In this document: in pieces, positions 47,721-59,551 of the stretch
How the letters are laid out: each line of letters begins with the position of its first letter
How positions within the stretch are numbered: the first letter of the stretch is position 1
Source of the DNA: Lama glama
Lineage: Eukaryota
Direction: 5' to 3'
Assembly (NCBI GenBank): GCA_028534125.1
Contig: CM052817.1
Span: 91,762,001 to 91,826,000 of the forward strand
DNA length: 64,000 bases
Made by a program: the position numbers and the translations under genes
Notes under the pieces: generated by a model
What the model was told of the DNA's origin: nothing
Databases searched by the model: none
Seen by the model: the letters and a program-made list of their open reading frames with translations, nothing else

Positions 47721-50700
47721 ATCCAGAAAACTCACTTGATGCCAAGAGACCCTTCCTTCTCTGTTCACAGCTTCTGAGATGATGGCTACCTTTGTGGTGA
47801 AGAAGAGAATTAGGTCTCTTAGAATTTAAAAATTCTCTGGGTGCTGTGCATCTCTGCAAAAAGTGGGTACCACAAATCTGTGATGCAGCTTGAGGAATCG
47901 CAAACCAAGGACAAACTCTGACCTAATCTCGAATTTTTCAATGAAAGCCACAACTGTGCTTTTATTCCACCAAACTGCAAAAGGCATGTGGGATGCTTTA
48001 CCCTAAATTTGCTACCTTTTCATTATTCCTCACCAGTGATCCCTGACAGAGCTGCACTTTATCCTCCATGTGGCTATGCACGTGTCTCCCATCTCTGATG
48101 ACAAAGAATTCCAGAGGCTCCAAGAATTCACCCTTGCTTATAGGGTCATTGAAATCGTAATTTCAGTGCTTAACAATCACTACAACTGTTCCACTAACTT
48201 CTTACCTAAAATGCATGAGCCTCTGGATGTTGATTGCATTGCATATTATGAATTCTAAGTTCTCGATTTATTTACTATCCTCAAAATGTGTTGCATGTCA
48301 TCATTGAAAAATAAAGTTGCAGAAGAAAACCCAGAAACACTACAACATGAAGCAACATAACCCACCCTTTCCAATTTGGATCAGAATTTATGCTGTACAA
48401 CTCACTTGCTGAACTTTTGGAGTGTGAACAATGAGTGGGAAAGCCCTTTAAATCTACAAATTGATATAAAACTGGGAGTTCTGTAGATTGAAAGGTTGAG
48501 GTGTGGAGATTAAATTTGATAAACTTCATGGGCTTTACATTGAAGACGCATTTCTACTACTAGATCAGATTTATGGTAAGAGCTTGATTCTAATGATTTT
48601 GAAGCATTCGTACATACAAGCTGCACTGCACACCCATTTTGGCTGTTTTCTCTGCACTTGTCTTATTTGTTCTTGAATTAGGCAGGATTAGTGATTATTA
48701 TTCTACTGTCATAGGTGGGCAAATGGAGGTAAAATATTCATGTCCCTCACAGGGCAGTGAACTGTGGTTTTACTTCCAGGATACTGAACACAAGCCAAAC
48801 TTATTTCATGTTTAGGCACTTGTTTTGATGCCTGCTACTCCATTCATGGTGATACTGCCTCTTCTCGAAAAGTGCACAACCTAAGGTCAAGGCAATTCAG
48901 TAAAATGACCAGCATAAAATGGTGAGGATGACAAAATCCCTTCACAACATTGTCCCCACCTGTAAGCACCCCGTTTATGTCATCTGATTAGCTAAGACAT
49001 TTGATTATCCGTTTGGTCCAACAGAAGTTTATCTGACTGGATAGAGAAAGATGTGGGGGGACCATGGGGAACTATACTACGCAACACAAACATTGAGGTA
49101 ACTTGGTAGGACGTGGAAGGGAGAGGAAAAATGATGACATTCAAGAATTAAGGCTATATCTATATGCCCAACTCATAAATCATTTTTAGTCAAATCAGTT
49201 TTTAAAAAGCAGCCAAAACATTTTTGGAAGAACTTGAGTGACTTTTGGGCCAACCTGGCATAGTGAAACTTACAGTTCACGTGGACACAGAGACAAGAGT
49301 TGGCTCACAAACCTCTGTAAAAAAGACTTGCCCAGTTGGCTCTCCCCATGTTAACAGGCTCTCAGAGAGGGCAGTACCCATGCTAAGTGGACGTGAGCCT
49401 CCCTCACACCTCGCATGTGTGAATGCACAGCAGCCCAGAGCACCTGCGGGCTGTGCTTTTCTCTGCAGAGGAGGATGGAGCTGGACGGAGCCTAGCGGTG
49501 TGTGTGCCTGGAACCCGCAGCGTCTGGGGGTGAGGCTTAGTTTAAACAGGGGGCTCTGCTGTCAACCCCACAGCTGTGGGCAGGCTAGAACGTGTCTGGG
49601 GCTCAATTTGGGAATCACTCCTCACCCAGAAGCAGTTTTCTTGTCTATCTTTCACATGGGGATTTGCAACATCCCACGTGGGGCCTTACAGTTTTATCTG
49701 CTGTTCTTTCCTAGGCGCCAAATTTGGCTGTAGGCTGCCTATTTTCAGTGTCTGGGAACCTCAAGAAGGGAGCAACGCAGAAAACCTCCAGCTAAAGTGA
49801 ATCCTTCCCCGGGGCTTGGCATTTAGCTGCAGCTCCATCACGTATTTACAATTGGAAAAAACCACCACCAACAAAAAACCCAGCACATGCAGCCTCCCTC
49901 AGTACAGGGGCCTCAGAGACAACGTGGTCCTTATAAGCCCTTTTGTGCTCGACTAGCTGTGGCACAGGACAATGGAAATGGTTACGTGTAGCCTGTTGTT
50001 TCTATGTAAATGCCACCTTGAGGATACAGTCTTTGCCAGGCAGATGGCTAATTTCTCTGCTCTAACCTCATTTCCCCAGTGTTACTGGGTGCCTGTGATG
50101 TCCTGCCCCTGGAGTCAGGTCTTGATTCCTGTCAAATGTTCAGAGACAAAAGTGGTGCCTGCTACACCATTCCCATGAAGGCAGCTACTGGCTGGGAATG
50201 GCGGTGGTGGCCACAGCCCAGGCTGTGTGGTGGGCTGTACCTGCCAGTGCCGGGCTGCACAGTGGGGGCTTCTCTGCTTCCAAGTTTCGAGTGGAACACT
50301 TTCCTTTGTTATTGCCAGCAGCCTCTGGACTCCAGCATGCTGAAAGCCCCGTGTCTTTCTGTTGGGATCAACAGCGACTTCCCTAACTGCTCCTTGCTAG
50401 TTCATGCTGTCTTCTGGCATCCATCTGACCGTGCAAATTTGGGCAGGGCCAGGAGAGAGTCCATCTGTCTTGTCACAGATAGGGGGGTGGTGGTGGTGAA
50501 CTTGTGGCCCCCCGGAAGCCCGGCTGCCACATGCAGACAGGTAATCCTCCTAGCCAGGACCCTGCCCATCAGCGATTGGCCGTCTGATTGGATGCACATT
50601 CATCTTCAAATTATGTTGTGTGACAGCCCGGGCTGCTGAACACCATTTTAACATGCAGATTGACTCCTCGGAGGCTCTTCATTATGCATTTAGCGGTCTG

Positions 50701-51351
50701 TTTTCAGACTAACCAGCATGTCAGAGAGGCCCGCCATCCTTTTTCCACCTGGGTGGAGGAAATAGCTCACTGACTGTGGGGGAGCCACAGATATTAAAAT
50801 GCATATGTTTACTTTCCTGAGCATTCACACACAACTGCTTTCTCCAATGCAAGAGAAGACGGAGGAGAAAAGAAAAGACCCTTGGTGTTGCCATTCCAGG
50901 AAAATGGCTGTGCAGAACAAGGGAGGCTTTGTTGCAGAGAGGAGCCAGCTAGGCCGGACCAGCCTGATGCCCACCCGGCTGCCCACTAGCCTGCCTGGGT
51001 GCCTCCACACAAGCGTTCCTCTTATCAACACACAGACTCCCTCTTTCTCTCTCACACACACAGCCTGAAGTATTTTAAGCAGAACACTTCCAATTTCCTG
51101 TTGCTAAAACCGTCCTGCATCTCCAGCGGCATTCCAAGCAATCCTGGCGAGTGATAGGACGAGCCAACACCGCGTGCGCAAGCACAGTGTCTGGTTAGGG
51201 GGCTCCAGGGTTACCTAGGAGGCTCTGGGGCCCCCTTTCCACCCCTTCTCTCTTCTCTTCCTGGTGCAATTTACCTCCGCTTGCAAAGAATATTTCTGTA
51301 TGGCCTTAGGCGGCTACTGCATGAACACCGATGTTTCCTGTGTGTTGTGAA

Positions 51352-51418
51352 TGTGAGTGCGTGCATGTGTGTGTGCACATGTGTGTGTCTGTGTGTGTGT
51401 GCGTGTGTGTGTGTGCGT
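51352..51418 (+). repeat. Imperfect (TG)n purine-pyrimidine alternating tract
   Basis: tgtgagtgcgtgcatgtgtgtgtgcacatgtgtgtgtctgtgtgtgtgtgcgtgtgtgtgtgtgcgt. Confidence 0.9.
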
Positions 51419-52464
51419 ATCTCCTTTCTCCAGGATCTCTTTCCCTTCCTTACAGAGGAATCACGTTTGCACTGCTTTTTAAAATTCCTGCCTGTTCATT
51501 TTTAGTTCCCCAGTGCCATATTTTCTCCATTTTTCTAGGGCCTTCACTTCGGGCTATGGATTGGCCAAGGCAGTAGCCCTCTGTTTTTTGCCTCTGATCA
51601 GTGGGAGCTTCTAAAATCGGGGCCTGAGGGGCTCTCTTGCTTCATTTCTTTGTTGCCACCAGAGAAATATCTTGGACAGGTTTAGAAGGCTACCTTGGAC
51701 ACAAAAGCTTAGGGGCCCAGGGCTGACACCCAGCTTCCTAAAGGACAGCCACCCTGCCACATGCCTCTGGGGTGTCCGTTGTCTGCACATCAGCTGCCCC
51801 TCAGCTTCTGGGCTCTCCCAGGCATAGCTGGATCCTGATATCAAGAGCATGGATGAAATTCTGCTAAACAGCAGAGTTCATTCTAGTCGGGCTCTGGGCA
51901 GAAAGTAAAACTGACAGCGGAGCCGTAGTCCTAACTCCCCTGGAAAGGCTGTGAGGAGGAATAAAATGGTTACAAAGACTTGCTCTGGGATCAGAGTGTT
52001 CCTGATGAGTGAATTGGGCAGGAAATGCGGCTTTTTATTTTTGTATGGAAGACGGTGATGCCCACTGACAAGAACAGGCTGCATGTGTTTGCTGGGCTGT
52101 TGCTCAGCTGGTGTCACACTGCAGAGCATTGTTTGGAAAGCTATCACCCAGCAAGAACAATATGGCTACCCAGCGCCCAAGGCGGTGTGTGGAGAGATCT
52201 GTCCCCTCGTTCACGTAGCTCCTCACTGATTTCTGCTTTTTCTGTGATAAAACAAATGGATTTCCTGAATTAAAAATGCTACTGAGGGTTTTTAGTCCCA
52301 GAACTACTCTGTGTTTTAAGAAAGCTCCTTGATTGACAAATGAGTGGGGACCAACTTGTAGTCTGCAAGCCTCTCATGCCTGTGAGAAGGCTGGGGGTTG
52401 TGAATTTCAATTCCAATAGTTACTTGCCACGCAGACCACGGAATGTCACTAAATCCTGATTTTT

Positions 52465-52839
52465 AATTTGGGCTGCATGGTGTCCCCTACCAAATTCATA
52501 TGCTGAAGTCCTAACCCCTTGTACCTCAGAATGTGACTGTATTAGACATAGGATCTCTAAAGAGGTAATTAAGGTTACATGAGACCTTTTGGGTGGGTCC
52601 TAATCCAGTATGACTGGTGTCCTTATAAAAGCAGTTAGGACACAGATACACACAGAGGGAAGAACTTGTGAAGACACTGGAAGAAGATGGCCATCTACAA
52701 GCCAAGGAGAATGTCTCTTAGAAGAGATTAATGCTTAATCATGTACTTCCAGCCACCAGAACTGTGAGGAAATAAATTCTGTTGTTTGAGCCTCTCAGTC
52801 TGTGGTGCATTGTTACAGCATCCTGAGCAAACTAATACA
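52465..52839 (+). mobile_element. MLT1A/B-like MaLR solo LTR
   Basis: tgtcccc..caaattcatatgctgaagtcctaacccc...cctaatccagtatgactggtgtccttataa...ttccagcc.ccagaactgtgag..aataaatt...agcaaactaataca. Confidence 0.88.
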
Positions 52840-53939
52840 GGGATGATGAGTACTAGTGTGCTTCAAGGATGTGAGAAACAATAGGGGTAAGGGGGGCATT
52901 TCACAGTATCTGGGGGATTTCAAGCATCATTTTCAGTGATCTGTCTTGAGAAGACCCGTACATCTCAGCCCAGATGCTAATTTCACAGAGATTAGGTAGA
53001 AATTGGGTTTTCTTTCAGGCAAAATACCTGTAAAAGAGTGGCTGCTCTCTGGCTTCCTGTTCTTAAGGCAGAACTGACATCTTGAACTGAGAAAATGCTG
53101 TAAAGGACCTCACTGGCCCTTCAAATAAATCTCTAGATTTTTGTTTGAACCAATCAATCGGTTCTCCAAGGTGTCAGCTGGTAACAGACATATCTGTCAA
53201 TACGACAGTCCTGCCGTCCCTGGGCAGGCTGTGTTCCCAGCAGGAAGCACGGCTCAGCAGTTACTTATATTTGGAAAATGGATAACCCAGGATTATGTGT
53301 TTCAGGAGGTGAGGTTAAAGCGGGGTCAAGGGCCAGGTTAATGCTAGTACAGTTTCCACTGGAGAAAGCGAGCACAATGTATTGATTTCAGGGAGATGAT
53401 ATGTGTTCCTAGCCTTGCTTCCCCACCCTGCTTCTCATCCATCCAGGGACGTCCTTCGGCAGAGTCTGAACACCCTCTGCTTTTCGGAAGTATCCCTGCC
53501 AACTGGTGCTGTAGGAAGCGCTGAATCATGAGAGCACAGTCAGAGGAAAAATAAATATTCTGTGTCTAAGAGAAACGTGGACACGACTTAATTGGGTTTG
53601 GCTGCCGAGCCTCTTGGTTGCGTTTTCTCTCCTGGGTTGCAGGCAGCGCTCAGCTGAGCCTTCCCCATTCTGTAGCCCCACTGGGTCAGGTACCCCACGG
53701 GGAATTTCCCTACACTTCACTTACTCATTCTCAGCTGAACAGACACACATGTTAATGTGATTCTGTGCCCCCTAATCAAATACAAGTCCCCTCCTGGAAC
53801 AGGGTGATCTACAACTTGAAGGAACACTGGTTAAAGATCATCTTCTATAAATCCTTGTTTCACATTCTTTTTTTTGTTGAATTCACTGAGTGTGGCCTTC
53901 TCCTATCATGGACACCAGAACCAAGGAGGAAGCATCCCT

Positions 53940-54430
53940 TTCTAAAATGCTCTTCCTCTTCTCTGTATTTCATCTCCTCTACTTTCTTCCAAAATGCCAT
54001 TTTCCAAGTCAGTAAGCTTATATAAATCCCAAGTCGCACTACTTTCCTAAACTGTTTTCAAGTCCCTTCTCTGGGATTTAATATCTCCTATGATAACCAA
54101 AACTGGACACAGAATAGCACTAATGTTTTATATGTTATCTTAAATTTTCTATATTATCTTTTCTTTTAACCCCCCCAAGCATCCTATTGGTTTTTTAAAT
54201 TGCTGCTGGATACCAGACAGATATTTTCCCCAAGTTGTCAGCCATGACTCTTAAATTATTTTACTATGAGTTCAGAGCCTATCAGAGATTATGAGAAGTT
54301 TAGATTATTTTTCCCAAAGTGCATTATTTTATACTTAACCAAATTAAATTTCATCTGCTTTCACACTACCCAATCCCCTAGTTTGCTTAGCTTTGCCTGA
54401 AGTGTCTCAGAGCAATCCTTAATTTTTTAT
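53940..54430 (-). mobile_element. L3/CR1 remnant
   Basis: ccaaaactggacacagaata (antisense YCVQFW block) and gtgcattattttatacttaaccaaattaaatttcatctgc. Confidence 0.6.
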
Positions 54431-55031
54431 TAACCGTGCCAATTCAAAGCTTCCTACTTAACTCTCTGCTTTAGAGCTTTTGCCTTTCACACTTTTGGAA
54501 GTCAGTGCATTTTAAAAGGTGTGGAATGAAGCACTATTTGGAAAGATGCTATGCTAAGGGATACGTAAAAGATCCCAATAAATTAATGACAACACACCTG
54601 AGGGTGAGGTACCAAATTCAACCTCAAGAAGCACTGTCATTCCTGTGCTGAGAATAAATGATCCTAAAATGTTTCCCCTTTCACTGGGATATTACATTAC
54701 AAACTCAGATAGGAATCCTAGCAGGCAGCCAATTTTCCTGTAGAGCCACCCTCTATTATGGCTTCCTATGGAATCTGTGGTGACAACAGGGGTCCCTCTT
54801 CTTCACAGTTTTAGTTGAATGGAAACTAGGATCAATGAGTTCACTACATGCTTTTCCATGGTTATTTCTGGGTATCTTATCTCAGATATTGAGAGAAAGA
54901 TAAACATGTTGCATTTTTTCACCAGTTCTTTGCTCCAAGTTGTCTCCAGTCCTTTTTCCCCTATATAGCTGGAAGAGGAACTGATAGGATGAAATCCTCC
55001 CAGTTTTAAAATGAGCATTAAGAACGGTGCT

Positions 55032-55610
55032 GGTATGGAAGCAACCAAAGTGTCTGTCAGTGGATGAATGAATAAAGATGTGATATACACACACACACTA
55101 GAATATTGCTCAGTCACCAGCAAGAAGGAAATCCTACTGTTTGCAACAACTCGGATGAGCTGGAGGGCATTATGGTAAGTGAAATAAGTCAGACAGAGAA
55201 AGACAAATACTTTATGATCTCGCTTGTATGTGGAATCTGTAAAAGGTAAACTCGGAGAAACAGAGCAGAATGGTGGTTACCAGTGACTAGGGATGAGGAA
55301 ATGGGGAGATGTTGGTGAAAAGGTGCAAACTTCCAGTTGTAAGATTAACAAGTTCTGTGGATAGAACGAAGACCTGGGTGATTATAGGTAATAATACTGT
55401 ATTAGATGCTTGAAAGTTGTTAAGAGAGTAGATCTTAAATGTCCTTACCATAAAAAAAAGGTAATTAACCTGAGGTGATAAAGGTGTTAGCTAATGCTAT
55501 GGTGGTAACCATTGTGCAATATAGAAATGTGTCAAATAAACATGTTGTACATCTTAGACTTACACAATGTTATCTGTCAATTATATCTCAGTAAAGCTGG
55601 AGGGAAAAAA
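55032..55610 (+). mobile_element. L1 (L1MA/MB-like) 3' end
   Basis: tggaagcaaccaaagtgtc...ggatgaatgaataaaga...taagtgaaataagtcagacagagaaagacaaatac...tgtcaattatatctcagtaaagctgg plus a short A tail. Possible degenerate TSD aagaacggtgct / aagaatgcagct. Confidence 0.88.
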
Positions 55611-55629
55611 GAATGCAGCTAAGACTACT

Positions 55630-56100
55630 AGTTGCCTATCAAGTATCCATTTTCTCCATTTTTAACTGGGCCCACTGCTGTCCAGCTAAAAAGCTATAAT
55701 TCCCAACTTCTCTTGCAGATAAAGGTGGCCAAGACACTAAGTGATGTAAGTGATGCAAGTAAGTAAGATGTAAGGGAAAGTATGGGTGGAGCTTCTCGGA
55801 GATTTTCTTCAAAGAGGGCTCTTCTGTTCTTGAAAGTTTTACCTGGAACTCTTTTGTGATGGCTGGAGCTCTAGAAGCCATTACAGACCTCGAGGGCCAA
55901 AACCTAGGGATGGCACAGTAGAGAGCTGGAAGAAGCCTGAGTTCTTGACTTTCTGAAGCTGCCACTCTAGCCCTGGACTGCATACTCCTGTACTTCTTTT
56001 ATGAGAAAGAAAAATAAACTATGGTATTTTTAAATCACTATTGTGGGAGTGAGGAGGCGAGGATGGGGGTGGGGAACCTCTGTTTTTGCAGCTGTATCTA
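55630..56100 (+). mobile_element. Old ERVL/MaLR-type LTR (LTR16/MLT1-like)
   Basis: attcccaacttctcttgcagataaaggtggcca...tgatggctggagctctagaagccat...gaagaagcctgagttc...gagaaagaaaaataaac. Subfamily uncertain. Confidence 0.6.
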
Positions 56101-56209
56101 ATTTTTACCAATTCAGAAAGAGTTGGCTTAGGTTTACTTCATATAACCAAGACTTTTTAATGCTAGAAAGTGGCCTTAGAGATCATTAAGTACAATTCTT
56201 TTAAATACA

Positions 56210-56920
56210 GTCCAATTTATTTCATTTGTTGAGTCTACTATGTGAAAGGCAGTTGACTAAGTGCCAAAGGGGAGGCGAAATGCTGTGAAATACGGTTTTT
56301 CCTTTAAAGGAACTTTCATCACACAACTGAAAATAATATAAGGCACAATATGTCAAATATTGTAAGAGAGGACCACACAGTCTCCTGCAGGAACATTGGG
56401 AGGATTACAATTGATGAGGGGGCAGGATGAAGTGGCCTGAACCAGGGAAGGCTTCACAAAAGTTATCTGAACTGAGCCTTGAAGGGTAGCATTTCATAGC
56501 AAGGGTGGGCAGAGGGAAATATACAGTCTAGACAGAGGGAATCTTGTGAACTAAGAAAGGTGAAGAGCAGGCAAATCCAGTCTGGGTGCGGGTTGCTGGT
56601 GGTCCAGTGAGACCAGATGTGGGGAGATGTAAAGATGCAGCCGGGGCAAGGCCTGGATGGGAGCTTGGAATCTGAGTCTTTAGGGCTTGGAATGTCATGG
56701 AAGAAGTTTTTATTTTAGTCTGAAGTATTGGGAGGCCATCCAAGTTTTCTGACCAAAGAAGTGACATGTAATCAATTTTTTAAAGGAGTCTTAGAAAGAG
56801 GAAATATTGGAGATCAGCGGGGAGGTTACTCCAAAGATACTGTACAACCTTAACCAGGGCAATGTTGATGAACATTGAAAGGAGGAGGGCGATGCAAAAG
56901 GCACGGAAGGATGTGGACAT
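56210..56920 (-). mobile_element. L2 3' region
   Basis: ttcatttgttgagtctactatgtg...agggaaggcttcac...ctgagccttgaagg...ttgggaggccat...aagtgacatg. Confidence 0.7.
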
Positions 56921-57901
56921 GTGTATTGGGAGTGTACTCAAGCCTCCTTTAACAACGGGCAAACGGTATCCTTTACAAAGAGCATATTTAACACAGGGTA
57001 GATGATTTTGGAACAAAGATTTAAGCTGATGTCCTAACACCAATTCAGGTTTAAAATATTAAGGAAAGAAATTCTGTCCAACACTGACTTCTTTCTGTTC
57101 CTTATGAATGAATATACTCTGAATTACAACATTCTACAATAATACTATCTCACAACTGCACAGAGTTTAAGTGAATTAACCAAGATTACATAAGCTTTTC
57201 TGTTCTGGATTGTATTTTCAGATATAAAGCATTAAAAATGTCACGCACTTTGTATATATAAGTCACCCAGATAGCAAGAAGACTAAAGACTAATGCAACA
57301 TACTCAGTGCCAGACTATGCCGAAAGCCTGTCTTTTTGTTTGTTACAAGATTTTTAGAAGCTACTAACACTATTAACATTTCTTTGAATGGTGGAATTGT
57401 TCCTTTGATAGAACTATTTTCTTTAAGAATGCTAATAAGGAGGAGTGGCATTACTTCCCTGGTAGAAGCCATCCTTACTTCTCCAAAGAAAAGATATCTA
57501 TTTATTCATATAAGAGCAACCTATTAAATTGTATTCTCTGGGCTACCCCTCCTCCCCCAACTCATGTGGCCTAAACTTTAGAGTTATAGATGCATGGAAA
57601 AAGCACTAACCCCACCTGCTCACAACAGATGCATGAGCCCGAAGACTCAGAGTGGCTGTGGGACATCTCGGTAGAGGACATTTATTGATGTTAGTTCCTA
57701 TAACCTCCCTTTTGGTACTGGTACCCTAATTTCCTCTTGCAGAGCCAGAGTTCCACCAACTTGGAACTGTCAGGTAAGGTGCCCAGTACACCTGTCTCCA
57801 AGGTGTCTGTCTGCATATGATCCACTGGCCAAGCAGACACTCTCTCCCTGGTCTTTGAGTCTCAAGCAGATGGATGCAAGGATGGAAAACACTTGGAGTT
57901 G

Positions 57902-57986
57902 GTGGGGGTGGGTATAGCTCAGTGGTAGAGGGCGTGCTTGAGGTCCTGGGTCTCCAGTACCTCCATTTAAAAAAAAAAAAAAAACC
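57902..57986 (+). mobile_element. Vic-1-like SINE with internal deletions
   Basis: gggtatagctcagtggtagagggcgtgctt[del]gaggtcctggg[del]ccagtacctcca plus an A tail. Imperfect TSD aaaacacttggagttg (57886-57901) / aaaacagctggagttg (57987-58002). Confidence 0.85.
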
Positions 57987-58712
57987 AAAACAGCTGGAGT
58001 TGACTCATTCTGGTGGTGACATCCTAAAAGCCTAAATACCACTTCCTGTTAAAAGAGCACCAGAGTTGCCCTTATTCTCATGCTTTTCCATGGTTCTCCA
58101 GCATTCTGGAATCTGTGCGCTACCTTACAGCTAGCTTTCCGATACTTTTTTGGGCCTTCAGTTCACCTGAGTTGGTTTCTACTGCTTTCTACCAAAGAAC
58201 CCAGCTTAGACACGATCTGAGTCCAGAAATGTGCTCTTCAACCACAGAGGGTATTATACACATTCTTCCATAGGTTATTCATGTGCTATTAGCAAGCATC
58301 TACAGGAAGATGTCTGCAGGTTCCACCTAGAGTGTCTCCTGTTGGGGCACAACCCTAGAACAATAGTACTACAGTTGTGCACTGAGAATACATTTCTTTC
58401 CTAATTTGAAGGAAAAAGAAAAAACAAATTGCACTGCACATCTTGGCTACTCATCTTTTAACATTAGCCAGAACTCCTTGTCAGAAAGTCCTCATGTACC
58501 CCAGGAACAGTCCTACCTGGGTAACTGATGTTTGTGCCTATGACCCCTGGCTCTGTTCTGATCCTGAAGTAACATGTAAATCATTATCAAATAGAGATTA
58601 CATTGTACTTACTTCATTTTAATGTAAAGCATTTCTTGGGGAAAATTTATAACATTCATGTTCAGTATTCTAGTTATTCCATTAAGATTAACCAGAACAG
58701 CTTGATCTTTGT

Positions 58713-58799
58713 GGAGGGAGGGTATATAGCTCAGTGGCAGAGCGTGTGCTTACCATGCACAAGGTCCTGGGTTCAATCCCCAGTACTTCCATTAAAAAA
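58713..58799 (+). mobile_element. tRNA-Ala-derived camelid SINE (Vic-1-like), short form
   Basis: gggagggtatatagctcagtggcagagcgtgtgcttaccatgcacaaggtcctgggttcaatccccagtacttcca plus an A tail. Perfect TSD AAGATTAACCAGAACA at 58684-58699 and 58800-58815. Confidence 0.9.
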
Positions 58800-59521
58800 A
58801 AGATTAACCAGAACACTGTGTTTCTTTAAAATGACAGATCATAGACTAAGTTATCACCTATCTTTGGCCAAAGAATGATGCTGTACATGGGACGGCTATC
58901 CTCGTCTCTGACTTGGTGTGCAGTACCAGGAGGGTCGCATGCAGAATGGTAAGGAGGGAGGCCAGTCACTGAGTCAGCTGGCTGGATCAGCAGCATCAAC
59001 CCAGACAACCAACGGGGTGGCCAGTGTCTTCACACTTGAGCTGCCCGTGACTGAACACCTGGGTGCCTTACTCGCCTTGCTCTGTTCCTGGCCCTGCCTG
59101 TATGTCTACTCTACCACTTCCATCTTCAGCTTAGCAATTCCTTGGCTCTGTAACATGAACCCCTATGACTTACTGAGATGGCTTCCTAATTTGGGCTTCC
59201 ACTTGGTCTGAAAAGCTGTCTTCCAGTTTTCCAAGTGACTTCCCATGGGAAAAATGCTACCTTCTCCTGCTCCCAGTTTTGTGGCAAAAATGTAGCTCGA
59301 GGTGGGAGGGCACATCTGTGTCCTATGCTGGAGGAGCACATCTGTCTTCTCCTCTCACTGCTGGCACTGCAACAGCCTTTGCTCCTCAGTGGAGCCAAGA
59401 TTATTCCTGTCTTCACACTGCTGAATAGACTGGGGTCAGGTGCCAAGAGGCTGCCTGCCCTGAAGGCTTGTTTTCTGAAAGAAGGTAAGAATTCATGGCA
59501 ATGACACGGAGAAACTCCCAA

Positions 59522-59551
59522 ATAGCTGAAGTTTTCATAGCTGAAGTTTTC
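59522..59551 (+). repeat. Perfect 15-bp tandem duplication
   Basis: ATAGCTGAAGTTTTC occurs twice in tandem. Confidence 0.95.

Noticed and set aside
21121..58799. tRNA-Ala(AGC)-like sequences as tRNA genes
   Set aside because: They have A-rich tails, TSDs, broken stems and deletions, so they are SINEs rather than functional tRNAs.
10658..59194. CArG boxes (e.g. 10658, about 29436, 49718, 59185)
   Set aside because: The number seen is in the range expected by chance and they are not clustered.
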